From assembly GCA_022750455.1 (NCBI GenBank), contig JAKIVR010000001.1:26270-90269 (forward strand): a DNA stretch of 64,000 bases, given 5' to 3'. The DNA comes from Thermoplasmata archaeon (GTDB lineage: Archaea; Thermoplasmatota; Thermoplasmata; Lutacidiplasmatales; UBA184). The notes below the pieces were generated by a model. It was not told the DNA's origin. It saw nothing but the letters and a program-made list of their open reading frames with translations, and searched no databases. The translations under genes and the position numbers were made by a program. This document shows positions 27,099 to 36,156 of the stretch, in pieces. Every line of letters starts with the position of its first letter. The stretch's first letter is position 1.

Positions 27099-28856
27099 CT
27101 ACACCCCTCCGGCCGTGACGGAGGCCACGGCCTCGGCCATCTCGGTCTCGAGCCGATCGAAGGAGGCCTGCAGTTCTCCTTCCGGGATCCACTTCATGCG
27201 CGACAGCTTCTGGCGGACAGGCAGCTTCTGCAGCTGCCCGACGGTTGCGCCCTTGCCGATCGCATCCTGCTCCTGATCGCCGAACGACAGGATCGCCCGG
27301 AGCATCCGGTACTGTTTGCCGATCGACGTGTAGGTGTCAACGTCGTCGTAGGCACTCTGTTGCAGGTAATCCTCCCGCAGCATCCGTGAGACGTCAAGGA
27401 TCGCCTTCTCTCGCTCGGGGAGAGCGTCGACGCCTACCAATTGCACGATTTCCTGGAGCTCGGATTCCTTCTGGAGCGTCTCGATGGCGCGTTGACGGAG
27501 TGGTCCGAAATCACGAGCGAGGTGATCTCGATACCATGGTTCGAGATCGCCAACGTAGAGCGAGTAGCTTTGCAGCCAATTGATCGAAGGGAAGTGCCGG
27601 CGCGATGCGAGGGCGGCGTCCAACGCCCAGAATACCCGCGTGACTCGAAGCGTGTTCTGGCTAACTGGCTCAGAGAAATCTCCGCCGGGAGGGGACACCG
27701 CTCCGACCACAGTGACCGAGCCGGCTCTTTGATCGGGAGAGAGAGCAATGACACGTCCGGATCTTTCGTAGAACTCTGCGACACGGCGTCCGAGGTACGC
27801 CGGGTACCCTTCCTCACCAGGCATCTCTTCGAGCCGCCCGGAGATTTCCCGCATCGCCTCCGCCCAGCGGGATGTCGAATCCGCCATGAGGGCAACATCG
27901 TACCCCATGTCCCGGTAATACTCTGCAATGGTGATGCCCGTGTACACGCTCGCCTCCCGAGCCGCGACGGGCATATTGGATGTGTTCGCGATGAGGATCG
28001 TCCGCTCCATCAGAGGGCGTTTGGTCTTCGGATCCTGGAGGTTCGGGAACGTCGCGAGCACCTCCGTCATTTCGTTGCCGCGCTCTCCGCATCCGACGTA
28101 AACTACAACGTCCGCATCGGACCACTTGGCAAGTTGTTGCTGACAAACGGTCTTGCCACTCCCGAAGGGTCCTGGAATGCACGCCGTGCCTCCCTTCGCG
28201 ACCGGGAAGAAGGTATCGATGACCCGCTGCCCTGTCAGGAGCGGGATTGCCGGAGCAAGTTTCTGTTGAACTGGCCGTGGGACACGCACGATCCACTTCT
28301 GGCTTAGCCCGAGCGGCACGGAGCCCGTCTTGGTGGTGACGCTACCGATCGGGTCCCGGATCGTGAAGTTGCCGCTCTTGAGCGCCGCGAGCGTTCCCGA
28401 AACGCCCGGCGGGACCATCACTTTGTGCAGGATGAGGGGCGTCTCCTGGACGGTCCCGAGGATCGTTCCGCCGCTGACCTCGGCGCCGATCTTGGCGGTC
28501 GCTGTGAACTCCCAGACCTTCTTCTCGTCCAGCGGCGCGGCGACGAAGCCGCGCGTGATGAAGTCGCCTAGGTTCTTCTTGAGCACGTCGAGGGGACGCT
28601 GGACTCCGTCGTAGATCGAGGTCAACAAGCCGGGGCCGAGCTCGACGCTCAGGGCCTGGCCCGTGTTCTCGACTTTGTCCCCGGGTCGGATCCCGGTCGT
28701 GTCTTCGTATACTTGGACCGTCGCGGTGTTCCCCACCAGACGGATGATCTCGCCCACGAGGCCGAGATCGCCGACGCGGACCACGTCGAACATCTTGCCG
28801 TTGTCGAGTCCTTCGGCGATGACGACCGGTCCTGATACTCGTGCAACAATTCCCAT
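27099..28856 (-). CDS. atpA: A-type ATP synthase catalytic subunit A, no intein
   Basis: Walker [10 protein letters not shown], then [24 protein letters not shown]...; 585 aa. Confidence 0.9.
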   Translation of the reverse strand: MGIVARVSGPVVIAEGLDNGKMFDVVRVGDLGLVGEIIRLVGNTATVQVYEDTTGIRPGDKVENTGQALSVELGPGLLTSIYDGVQRPLDVLKKNLGDFITRGFVAAPLDEKKVWEFTATAKIGAEVSGGTILGTVQETPLILHKVMVPPGVSGTLAALKSGNFTIRDPIGSVTTKTGSVPLGLSQKWIVRVPRPVQQKLAPAIPLLTGQRVIDTFFPVAKGGTACIPGPFGSGKTVCQQQLAKWSDADVVVYVGCGERGNEMTEVLATFPNLQDPKTKRPLMERTILIANTSNMPVAAREASVYTGITIAEYYRDMGYDVALMADSTSRWAEAMREISGRLEEMPGEEGYPAYLGRRVAEFYERSGRVIALSPDQRAGSVTVVGAVSPPGGDFSEPVSQNTLRVTRVFWALDAALASRRHFPSINWLQSYSLYVGDLEPWYRDHLARDFGPLRQRAIETLQKESELQEIVQLVGVDALPEREKAILDVSRMLREDYLQQSAYDDVDTYTSIGKQYRMLRAILSFGDQEQDAIGKGATVGQLQKLPVRQKLSRMKWIPEGELQASFDRLETEMAEAVASVTAGGV

Positions 28857-28871
28857 GGGACGTTCTACCTC

Positions 28872-29207
28872 CTACTTCGGTACGCTCAGCGATACGCCGA
28901 GCACGCGTTTGGCGAGCGCGGCGAGGCTCTCGCCCTCGTACTCCCCCGTCGGGGACGGGACGAAGACGACGAGGGGTTGGAGCGAGTTCTCCGCGTGCAG
29001 GCGCAGGTTCTCGGGCAGCGCCTTCCGGACCATCTCGCTTGCGATGACGAGCGAATGGGTCCCCTGGGCCACCGCCTTCTGGAACTCCGCCGCGGCCGTG
29101 GCGGGCGTCACCTCCACGACATCCGCGAGCCCGATCAGTCGAAAACCGATCGCCAGCTCCCGTTCGCCGAGAACGAGCGGATTTCCGGCCGTCGAAGGGA
29201 CCGCCAT
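28872..29207 (-). CDS. atpF: A-type ATP synthase subunit F
   Basis: 111 aa, MAVPSTAGNPLVLGERELAIGFRLIGLADVVEV..., first gene of the minus-strand atpFABDHI block. Confidence 0.75.
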   Translation of the reverse strand: MAVPSTAGNPLVLGERELAIGFRLIGLADVVEVTPATAAAEFQKAVAQGTHSLVIASEMVRKALPENLRLHAENSLQPLVVFVPSPTGEYEGESLAALAKRVLGVSLSVPK

Positions 29208-29233
29208 GAACTTGCTCGGCTCGGCGGGGTACC

Positions 29234-29245
29234 CAAGTATTTAGC
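29234..29245 (-). promoter_or_regulatory. TATA-like element (CTAAATACT) about 29 nt upstream of the atpF start codon
   Basis: The minus strand reads GCTAAATACTTGGGTACCCCGCCGAGCCGAGCAAGTTC-ATG. Confidence 0.4.
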
Positions 29246-29285
29246 GGCTGGGGGCAACGCCGCCACCGTCGGCCGGGCGTCGTCG

Positions 29286-29564
29286 CTACTTGTAGGTCGA
29301 ACGGTGGACGTGACCCTCATCGTCCGTGATGAGGATGCACTCGCCTTCGCACTCGAACAGGCAGGCTTCGCAGACGATGCACTCGGGTCCGTTGAGGGCG
29401 ATCGACTTCTCGCCCCGGAACTGGAACTTGGCCCCCACGTTCGCGTCGTCGACGAGATCCGGGAACTGGTCGCGCGGCTTCAGCTCGAAGACGTTCACCG
29501 GGCAGACATCGCGGCAGTGGGCGCAGCCGGTGCACTTGCCGAGGTCGATGTCGACTAGGACCAT
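29286..29564 (-). CDS. 2x[4Fe-4S] ferredoxin
   Basis: Contains CTGCAHCRDVCP and CIVCEACLFECEGEC motifs; 92 aa. Confidence 0.8.
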   Translation of the reverse strand: MVLVDIDLGKCTGCAHCRDVCPVNVFELKPRDQFPDLVDDANVGAKFQFRGEKSIALNGPECIVCEACLFECEGECILITDDEGHVHRSTYK

Positions 29565-29602
29565 GCGGGTAGCCTCGAGGAAAATCCACAGGCGTTTTGT
29601 AT

Positions 29603-32392
29603 TTAGGGTTTGGCCCGGTTGAGAGCAGAATCGGGTTCGGCGTCCCGACCGGACGGGGCCTCCGGAGCGTTCTTCGGCGCGGAGGGAGGGGTAGCGGAGC
29701 TCCGTCTATGAACCCAGATCCAGCCTCCCACGATCGCTCCGATCCCCACAACGGCTACGAACCCGAGGAGGACCCACTCCCACTCGACCAGTTGGCCGGG
29801 CGGAGTTGTCTCGGCCCTCGGCGCGCACGGCGGGGGCGCGACGTTCAAGGTCGTGGACTCGCGGACGGAGACGCCGGAGGAATCGGTCACGATCAGGAGC
29901 ACCGAGTTTGCCGAGTACGAGTACGCAACCGCCGTCACTTCCATCCCGGTCTCGGTCGTCCCGTTGGGGAGCGTCCATTGGTAGCGGTACGGCCCGATCC
30001 CGCCGGTCGCCGAACCGATCAGGTTCCACTCGGTGCTGAACGATCCGTTCGATCCGCACCCCCCGCAGTCGGAGGGCGCGCACGGTGAGGCGACGGTGAC
30101 ATAGGCGGAGAGGGGGGGCGGGGCGGCGGTGCGGAACTCTACGGAAAAGTTCTGGGCGAGGGCCGTTCCGTACTGGCTCGTCGCCTCGGTCGACAGCTCG
30201 ATCGTGTAATTGGTGGCTGGGGCGAGCGCGACGGAATGGGACCACGTCAGCTCGGGGCCCGACACAGTGGCGGCGCCCGCCACGGTCGGGGTGATCGAGA
30301 CGGCCGCGGAGGTCGAGGCGGCGTCCATCGCGAGACTGAACGTGAGGGTCACGTTCTGCCAGACCGAAACATCTTGACTCTGGTTCACCGGGTCGCTGGA
30401 GACGACGGTGGCGTTCGGAGCCGTCGTGAACTGAAATTCGAACGCGTACGGGAGAGGAATTCCGTTCGTCGTGGTTGCGGCGGTTCCGATCGAGACGGTG
30501 TAGACAGTAGCCGGCGAATAGCTGAGGTCGGACACGAGGAGGCTTGTGTTCCCCGAGGTGAAGCTAGCTCCCCAGTCACCAGGAGACGGCAAGATGTTGA
30601 GCGCCGTGAGGACACTGTCGGCGTTCATCGGCTGGCCGAATACCACGGAGATCGCCGCGTGGGTCTCCACGGGGACCAACCTCGTTCCGTTCACCGGAGC
30701 GGAGGAGAGCACCCACGGGTGCAGGAGTACGACGACCGTGACGGGCCCCGACCCCGTGACGGACGCATTCCCGAGATCCAGCTCGTCCTCTGCCACGACC
30801 GTGTAGTTCTCCAGCCAGGTAGTCGTCAGTGCGGTCACCTCGATCTGGGCCGCCACGAAGGTCACCCAGCCACTGGTGTTCGCCGTGGCGATTTGGGGAA
30901 CGCTGAGGTTGGAGGCCCCTCGGAGGGTGACGACCGCTCTGACGGCCGGCGCTCCACCCGGAACGAGGGTTTGCACACGCACCGGCTCGTCCACGTGGAT
31001 CACGCCGGAGTTCAGCGATTGATATCCCTCGCCGGGCGCGAGGGGGCTGTTGAGCAGGGTCACGGTGCCGTTGCTTGTCGCTTGGATGCCGATCGTCGCG
31101 CCCGGGAAGTTGACGTCGCGGTCCACGGAGCTGTTCTCGAGCTCGATCGAGCTCGAATCCGCCGCCGCGACCAAGTTGTAGACCGTGGTGTTCTCGACCA
31201 GGATCTTCGACGTCTCGTACGCGCCCAGGTATCCCGTGATCCCCGTGTAGTTGGAATCGTTGAGGATCACCGTGGACGACCCGTACGCCACGATCTGGGC
31301 GACGTCGCTGTCGGTCACGGCGATGTGGCTGCTGAACGGGAACCACCCCCAGCTGTAGATCGAGACGTTGTACAGGTGGAAGTCGAAGTCCGGGCTCACG
31401 AAGCTGAGGGCCGTATAGTACTGCGCCCGGAATCCTGAGAAGTTGTCGAGCGCGGTCGAGTCCTGCAGGTGGAACCCGACCTGCGCGAACGTCTGGTTGT
31501 GCAGGGTGACGTTCGCCCCGTTCCAGAGGTGCACCCCGTCCCGCCAGATCTGGTCGTTCCCGAGCTGGATGGAGTAGTTGATGCCCGTCACGTTCTGGGT
31601 CCCGGGGAAGATCCACGAGTTCACCTGGGTGAGGTGGTGATGCGCCGGCTCCACGCTCGGGAGCGTGAGGTTCGCCGTCATGCCGGCCTTGAAGTTCGGC
31701 CAGATGTTGAACGCCGAGGAGTTCACGATCCGCAGATGGGCGTTGTTCCACATGGTCGGATTGTCCCACAGCGCCACGTCGGAGAAGAGCACGGAATCGG
31801 AGACGTTCTGGGTCGCGTTGTACGCCACCAGGTCGATGAACCAGTTCCCCCGCACATTGCAAACGGTGCTGTTGGAGATCGCGCTGTTCGAGGAGCCGTA
31901 GAAGTTCCCGCTCCACTGCCACCCGTTCGACTCCACGTTCGATCGGTTGAGCGTGAACCAGCTGTGGTTCTGGAGCACGAGGCTGTACTCGTCGTCGTAC
32001 GCCTCGAGGACGTTCAGGTCCGATTGCTGGATGTCGAGCCGGGCGTTGTCGGTCAGGAGAATGTTTCCCATTACGTCCAACGTGACCGTTTGCGAGGCGT
32101 TGGAGACGAACAAGCTCGAATTCCCGGAGAGGGTGATGTCGCCGACCGTCGTGTTCGTGGAGATGTTCATCTGCGTGGAGCCCGACAGGTCAATGTCCGG
32201 GACCGCCGCGGTCGGCGCCAAGGCGTCGGGGGATGCCGCCCCGGGAAGCTCTCCGGGGCGCTCCGCCGGGGAGGCGGCCGACCCGAGAGGAACTCCGGAG
32301 CGGCTCGCCGATCCCGTGAGTCCCGGCGGGGCGATCACCAGCAGAATGAGGGCGAGCGTGATTGCGATCGGGAGGGGTGACCGGCCCATCAC
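29603..32392 (-). CDS. Large cell-surface protein: signal peptide, right-handed parallel beta-helix (PbH1-like) repeats, many N-glycosylation sequons, C-terminal TM anchor
   Basis: Begins MMGRSPLPIAITLALILLVIAPPGLTGSAS. More than 20 N-x-S/T sequons (NISTNTT, NSS, NAS, NHS, NRS, NST...). It ends in a hydrophobic anchor, VLLGFVAVVGIGAIVGGWIWVHRR. Confidence 0.7.
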   Translation of the reverse strand: MMGRSPLPIAITLALILLVIAPPGLTGSASRSGVPLGSAASPAERPGELPGAASPDALAPTAAVPDIDLSGSTQMNISTNTTVGDITLSGNSSLFVSNASQTVTLDVMGNILLTDNARLDIQQSDLNVLEAYDDEYSLVLQNHSWFTLNRSNVESNGWQWSGNFYGSSNSAISNSTVCNVRGNWFIDLVAYNATQNVSDSVLFSDVALWDNPTMWNNAHLRIVNSSAFNIWPNFKAGMTANLTLPSVEPAHHHLTQVNSWIFPGTQNVTGINYSIQLGNDQIWRDGVHLWNGANVTLHNQTFAQVGFHLQDSTALDNFSGFRAQYYTALSFVSPDFDFHLYNVSIYSWGWFPFSSHIAVTDSDVAQIVAYGSSTVILNDSNYTGITGYLGAYETSKILVENTTVYNLVAAADSSSIELENSSVDRDVNFPGATIGIQATSNGTVTLLNSPLAPGEGYQSLNSGVIHVDEPVRVQTLVPGGAPAVRAVVTLRGASNLSVPQIATANTSGWVTFVAAQIEVTALTTTWLENYTVVAEDELDLGNASVTGSGPVTVVVLLHPWVLSSAPVNGTRLVPVETHAAISVVFGQPMNADSVLTALNILPSPGDWGASFTSGNTSLLVSDLSYSPATVYTVSIGTAATTTNGIPLPYAFEFQFTTAPNATVVSSDPVNQSQDVSVWQNVTLTFSLAMDAASTSAAVSITPTVAGAATVSGPELTWSHSVALAPATNYTIELSTEATSQYGTALAQNFSVEFRTAAPPPLSAYVTVASPCAPSDCGGCGSNGSFSTEWNLIGSATGGIGPYRYQWTLPNGTTETGMEVTAVAYSYSANSVLLIVTDSSGVSVRESTTLNVAPPPCAPRAETTPPGQLVEWEWVLLGFVAVVGIGAIVGGWIWVHRRSSATPPSAPKNAPEAPSGRDAEPDSALNRAKP

Positions 32393-32535
32393 CCGCTGGT
32401 CTGATTCGTTCTAGTCTATCAAGGCTCGTCCAGCGTCGGGGGGCTTCGGGAGGTATCTCCGCTGACATTGGGACGATCTCTCCCCCCGGATCGGTCGGTG
32501 ACGTCATTCTTCCCGAGGCCTGGGGGGATCGTTCG

Positions 32536-33303
32536 ATGGGCGCCATCCTCCTCGGCACCAGCGGCTGGGATTACCCGGAATGGGTCGGCCCGGTCTATCC
32601 GGCCCACCGGAACATCGATCGGCTGCGCCACTACGCCGACCTGTTCCCGATCGTGGAGGTGAACTCCACCTTCTACCATCTGCCGACAGTCTCGGTCGTG
32701 GGCTCGTGGGTCCGCCGGACGCCCTCGGGGTTCCGATTCGCCGTCAAGTTCCCGCAGACGATCACGCATGAGCGCCGGCTCGTCGGGGCCGACGGGGAGC
32801 TCCGCGAGTTCCTCCGTGTCGTCCGGCCCTTGACCGAGGCCGGACGGCTCGTGGGCGCCCTCCTCCAGCTGCCGCCGTCCCTCGCGTTCGATGCCGCGAT
32901 CGTGCGCTCGTTCTACGAATCGATCCCGGCCGAGCTGCCCGTGGCCGTGGAGTTTCGGCAGGCGTCCTGGACCTCTCCGGAGTCGCTCGAACTTCTGAAG
33001 GAGTTCCGTCTGGCGTACAGCGTGGTCGATGAACCGCTCCTCCCGATCTCGCTGCACGTCACCGGTTCGTTCAGCTACGTCCGGTGGCATGGCCACGGAA
33101 CCCCCCTCTGGTACGACTACACCTACTCGCCGGCCGAGCTCGCCCGTTGGATCCCCCGGATCCGGCAACTCGCCGAGGACGGGCGACCCGTGTATGGCTT
33201 CTTCAACAATCACTTCCGGGGGGACGCCGCCGTCAACTGCCGGCAGTTCACCGAACTCCTCGAGCTTCCCCGGCCGTCCTGGATGTCACCCCGTCTCGAC
33301 TGA
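32536..33303 (+). CDS. DUF72 (YecE-like) family protein
   Basis: N-terminal MGAILLGTSGWDYPEWVGPVYP is the DUF72 GTSGW-x-Y signature. The start is an ATG at M59 of the track ORF. Confidence 0.75.
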   Translation: MGAILLGTSGWDYPEWVGPVYPAHRNIDRLRHYADLFPIVEVNSTFYHLPTVSVVGSWVRRTPSGFRFAVKFPQTITHERRLVGADGELREFLRVVRPLTEAGRLVGALLQLPPSLAFDAAIVRSFYESIPAELPVAVEFRQASWTSPESLELLKEFRLAYSVVDEPLLPISLHVTGSFSYVRWHGHGTPLWYDYTYSPAELARWIPRIRQLAEDGRPVYGFFNNHFRGDAAVNCRQFTELLELPRPSWMSPRLD

Positions 33304-33359
33304 ACGGACCCTCGAGAGCCGCCCGGCACCCCCATATTCTCCGACCCGCTAGCGGTACT

Positions 33360-34832
33360 GTGCTGCCCGTCGAGCCCCCTTCCCCCGCCCCGACCGCTCG
33401 CGTCCGGGACGAGAGGCCCTTGACCGTTCGTCTGCGGGAGATCCAGGACCGGGCCGAGAGCGCGGACTCGTCGGCCGTGGCCGGCTTCCTGCACGGTCTC
33501 AACGATCCGGAACCGCGGATCCGGGCGGCCTCGGCGTGGGCCCTCGGGTACAACCGGGTGCACGCGAGCGTCGGATCCCTCGAGGCGGCCCTCCTCGACC
33601 CCGAGGTCGGGGTCCGGATCGCCGCGGTGGAGGCGCTCGCGACGATGGGCCGGGTCGAGAGCCGCGGCCCGATCGAGTCGGTCGCGGGCGACTTGGACCC
33701 CGACGTTCGGATCCGCGTGGCGTGGTCCCTCGGCCTCTTGGCCGATCCCCGCTCCGCCGCCGTCCTGGTCGCCGCCGTCCGAGATGCGGACCCCCGGGTA
33801 CGACGCGCGGCCGCGGTCGCCCTCGGTCGGATCCCGGCCCCGGAGCTGATCCCGGTGCTGGAACCGCTGCTCGACGACCCGGCCGACACCGTACGTCGGG
33901 ACGCGATCCATTCGCTCGCCCGGATGGGCGGTCCTTCGATCGCGTCCCCGATCCGGCGCAAGCTCGCCGACCCGACCGAGCGGGTCCGGATCTCCGCGGC
34001 CATCGAGTTGGGTCGTCTGCGCGACACGGCCTCCCTCGAGGCCCTCACGAAGTCGCTGGCCGCCTCCGAGACCTGGGAGCGTCCGGCGGTCCTCCACGCC
34101 CTCGGCCTGATCGGCGATGCCCGCGCGATCCCCCTCGTCCGGGGATACCTCTCCGACCCGGGCAGCTGGAACCGGGTCTGCGCCCTCCGGTCGCTGGCGG
34201 ACCTGAACGATCCCGAGCTCCGCTCCGCGGTCGCCGTCGCCGTGAACGACCGGCAACCGGCGATCCGGGGCGCCGCCGCGGAGGCGCTCGGACGCCGGGG
34301 CGACGAGCGGGACCTGCCGCTCCTGCTCGGACTTCTCGAGGATTCCCATCCGTGGCCCCGGCGGAACGCGATCTATGCCCTGGGCCAGTTGCAACTCGCC
34401 GCGGCCGCCCCCCGGATCCGTGACGAGCTCGAACATCCGGAGGCGGAGGTGCGCCTCGCCGCGATCTGGGCGCTCGGGTACCTGCGCGACGACGGAGCCA
34501 AGGACGCCCTGTTGCAGGTGCTCCCGACCCTCCCGAAGAACCCGACCAAGCACGACGTCTTCTCCGCCGGCCGCGGTGCCTCGATCGTCAGCGATGCCGA
34601 GTTGCGCCTCGCGGACACCCTCGTCCAGGCGCTCTCCCGTCTGCCTCATGCCGACTCCGACCCCCTCCTCCTCCGTACACTCGCCGATCTGTGGGCGCAC
34701 TACTCGGACGAGGAGCTCGACCGGCCGGCCCGTCTACCGGTCCCCGAGGTGGGGCCGGGGCAGACCGCTCCGACCGTCCGCCACCTGTTCACCGATCTGC
34801 TGGCGGCCGGGGCGGACGACGACGAGATCTAG
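33360..34832 (+). CDS. HEAT-repeat (PBS-lyase-like) protein
   Basis: About ten repeats of D-x-D-x-x-VR-x-x-A-x-x-ALG-x-IG (e.g. DPDVRIRVAWSLGLL, DPRVRRAAAVALGRI). GTG start at VLPVEPP; TAG stop. Confidence 0.65.
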   Translation: MLPVEPPSPAPTARVRDERPLTVRLREIQDRAESADSSAVAGFLHGLNDPEPRIRAASAWALGYNRVHASVGSLEAALLDPEVGVRIAAVEALATMGRVESRGPIESVAGDLDPDVRIRVAWSLGLLADPRSAAVLVAAVRDADPRVRRAAAVALGRIPAPELIPVLEPLLDDPADTVRRDAIHSLARMGGPSIASPIRRKLADPTERVRISAAIELGRLRDTASLEALTKSLAASETWERPAVLHALGLIGDARAIPLVRGYLSDPGSWNRVCALRSLADLNDPELRSAVAVAVNDRQPAIRGAAAEALGRRGDERDLPLLLGLLEDSHPWPRRNAIYALGQLQLAAAAPRIRDELEHPEAEVRLAAIWALGYLRDDGAKDALLQVLPTLPKNPTKHDVFSAGRGASIVSDAELRLADTLVQALSRLPHADSDPLLLRTLADLWAHYSDEELDRPARLPVPEVGPGQTAPTVRHLFTDLLAAGADDDEI

Positions 34833-34833
34833 C

Positions 34834-36156
34834 GCGCCGAAGCTCCCCCTCGACGTCTACCTCCTCCCCCACCCGGTCGGTCGGGGGGTCGGAGACATCG
34901 AGGAGGTCCTCCTGGCGGGACGACGCTTGCACCGGGCCGGCTTCCCGATCGTTGTCCTGCCGTTCCCCGGACGGCGGACCCCGAGCTGGTGGGACGCCCC
35001 GTGGGACTGGCCGCCGGCCTGCCGGCCGAGCCGGCCTCGTCCGACGGCGTCCCGGGCCCTCACGCTCTGTACCAATTGGGGGGTCACGGCGACCCCCGCC
35101 CACCCCGGGCCGCTCGGTCACGCCGGCCCGTGGGCCCCCGCCGTCGATTCCATCGAGTCCGCGTACGGAACCGAGAATGTGGTCCACGTCAGCTTCGAGG
35201 AGTTCGGACGGACGTTCTCGAGCCGCCGCCAGGAGTTCGAGCGGTACCGGGAGGGAGGTTGGCCGGTCCGAAGGATCCAACAGAAGCTGCGCTCCGCCTC
35301 CGGCCAGCGCGGGATCCGAAACGCGCACGAGGCGTACGCTCGGTATCGCGGGTTCGCCCGTCCGAACGTGCTCCACCTCTACCCCTCGTTCCAGCCGGCG
35401 CCCGGATTCCGCCGAGAGTTTCCCGAGGCTCTGGAGTGCGGCCCATTCCGGCCGGATATCTCGCGAGAGCACGCCTATCGACCGCGCGGACGAGCCGGGC
35501 GGACCCCCGTCTGGTTCTGGCATGCCTCCCCGGGCAGCTCCGCCCGGTTAGCGCAGGCCCTGGACCCAGTCGTCGAAGCGCTCGGGACCCAGCTCATCCT
35601 CGAGTATCGAGGCGATCCATGGGAGCACGATCCCTCCTCGAACGCGATCGAATGGCGGCGACTCGAACATCTCCCCGCGCCGGAGTTCCGTCGACGATTT
35701 CGCGCCGCCGACTTGCGGATCGTGACGGGGAGCCGTACACTGCTCGAGGCGCTCTGGATCGGCGGGCCGTTCCTCTACTTCCACGGGGTCCTGAACTCGG
35801 GCGCGCATCTCCGGCGGCACCGGCCGGAGAAACTCGAGGCCCTTCTCCGTCTCTGGAAGTCGCAAGGCGTCTCTCCCGAGGTGGCGCACGACCTCGCCTC
35901 GTTCTCTCGCCTTCGCAACCTTCACCCGATCGTTCGCCGCGCCTTGGAGGATCGCCGGTGGGCCTCGGCCTTCCGACGCCGCCCGATTTCCCGGGGCTTT
36001 TCGGCGCCGTGGCACGAGGCCGGAGAACTCCTCGAAGCGATCGCCCACGGTTGGGTCGAAGGACGTCGCTCGGCCCCCGCCTGGGTCCAGGAGGTTCGCT
36101 CCGGACGTCTTCGAGCCGACGCCGTCGGCCCCAATCGTTCCCGACGACCCGCCTGA
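34834..36156 (+). CDS. Uncharacterised protein with no canonical start codon near its N-terminus; the C-terminal region weakly resembles a GT-B glycosyltransferase motif
   Basis: Protein-like from ...LDVYLLPHPVGRGVGDIEEVLLAGRRLHRAGFPIVVLPFPG through ...ADLRIVTGSRTLLEALWIGGPFLYFHGVLNSGAHL. The only in-frame start is a TTG at 34927. Its TGA overlaps the downstream ATG as TGATG. Confidence 0.4.
   Translation, partial: APKLPLDVYLLPHPVGRGVGDIEEVLLAGRRLHRAGFPIVVLPFPGRRTPSWWDAPWDWPPACRPSRPRPTASRALTLCTNWGVTATPAHPGPLGHAGPWAPAVDSIESAYGTENVVHVSFEEFGRTFSSRRQEFERYREGGWPVRRIQQKLRSASGQRGIRNAHEAYARYRGFARPNVLHLYPSFQPAPGFRREFPEALECGPFRPDISREHAYRPRGRAGRTPVWFWHASPGSSARLAQALDPVVEALGTQLILEYRGDPWEHDPSSNAIEWRRLEHLPAPEFRRRFRAADLRIVTGSRTLLEALWIGGPFLYFHGVLNSGAHLRRHRPEKLEALLRLWKSQGVSPEVAHDLASFSRLRNLHPIVRRALEDRRWASAFRRRPISRGFSAPWHEAGELLEAIAHGWVEGRRSAPAWVQEVRSGRLRADAVGPNRSRRPA

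Noticed and set aside
27099-28856. Intein in atpA (or nrdJ), as seen in some Thermoplasmatales and Thermococcales
   Set aside because: Both proteins are of canonical length with contiguous conserved motifs; no insertion with intein blocks was seen.
34857-35100. Possible EarP-like (EF-P rhamnosyltransferase) identity for ORF 34834-36156
   Set aside because: The resemblance rests on my imperfect recall of EarP motifs, and EF-P is absent from archaea. I kept only a weak GT-B-like note.
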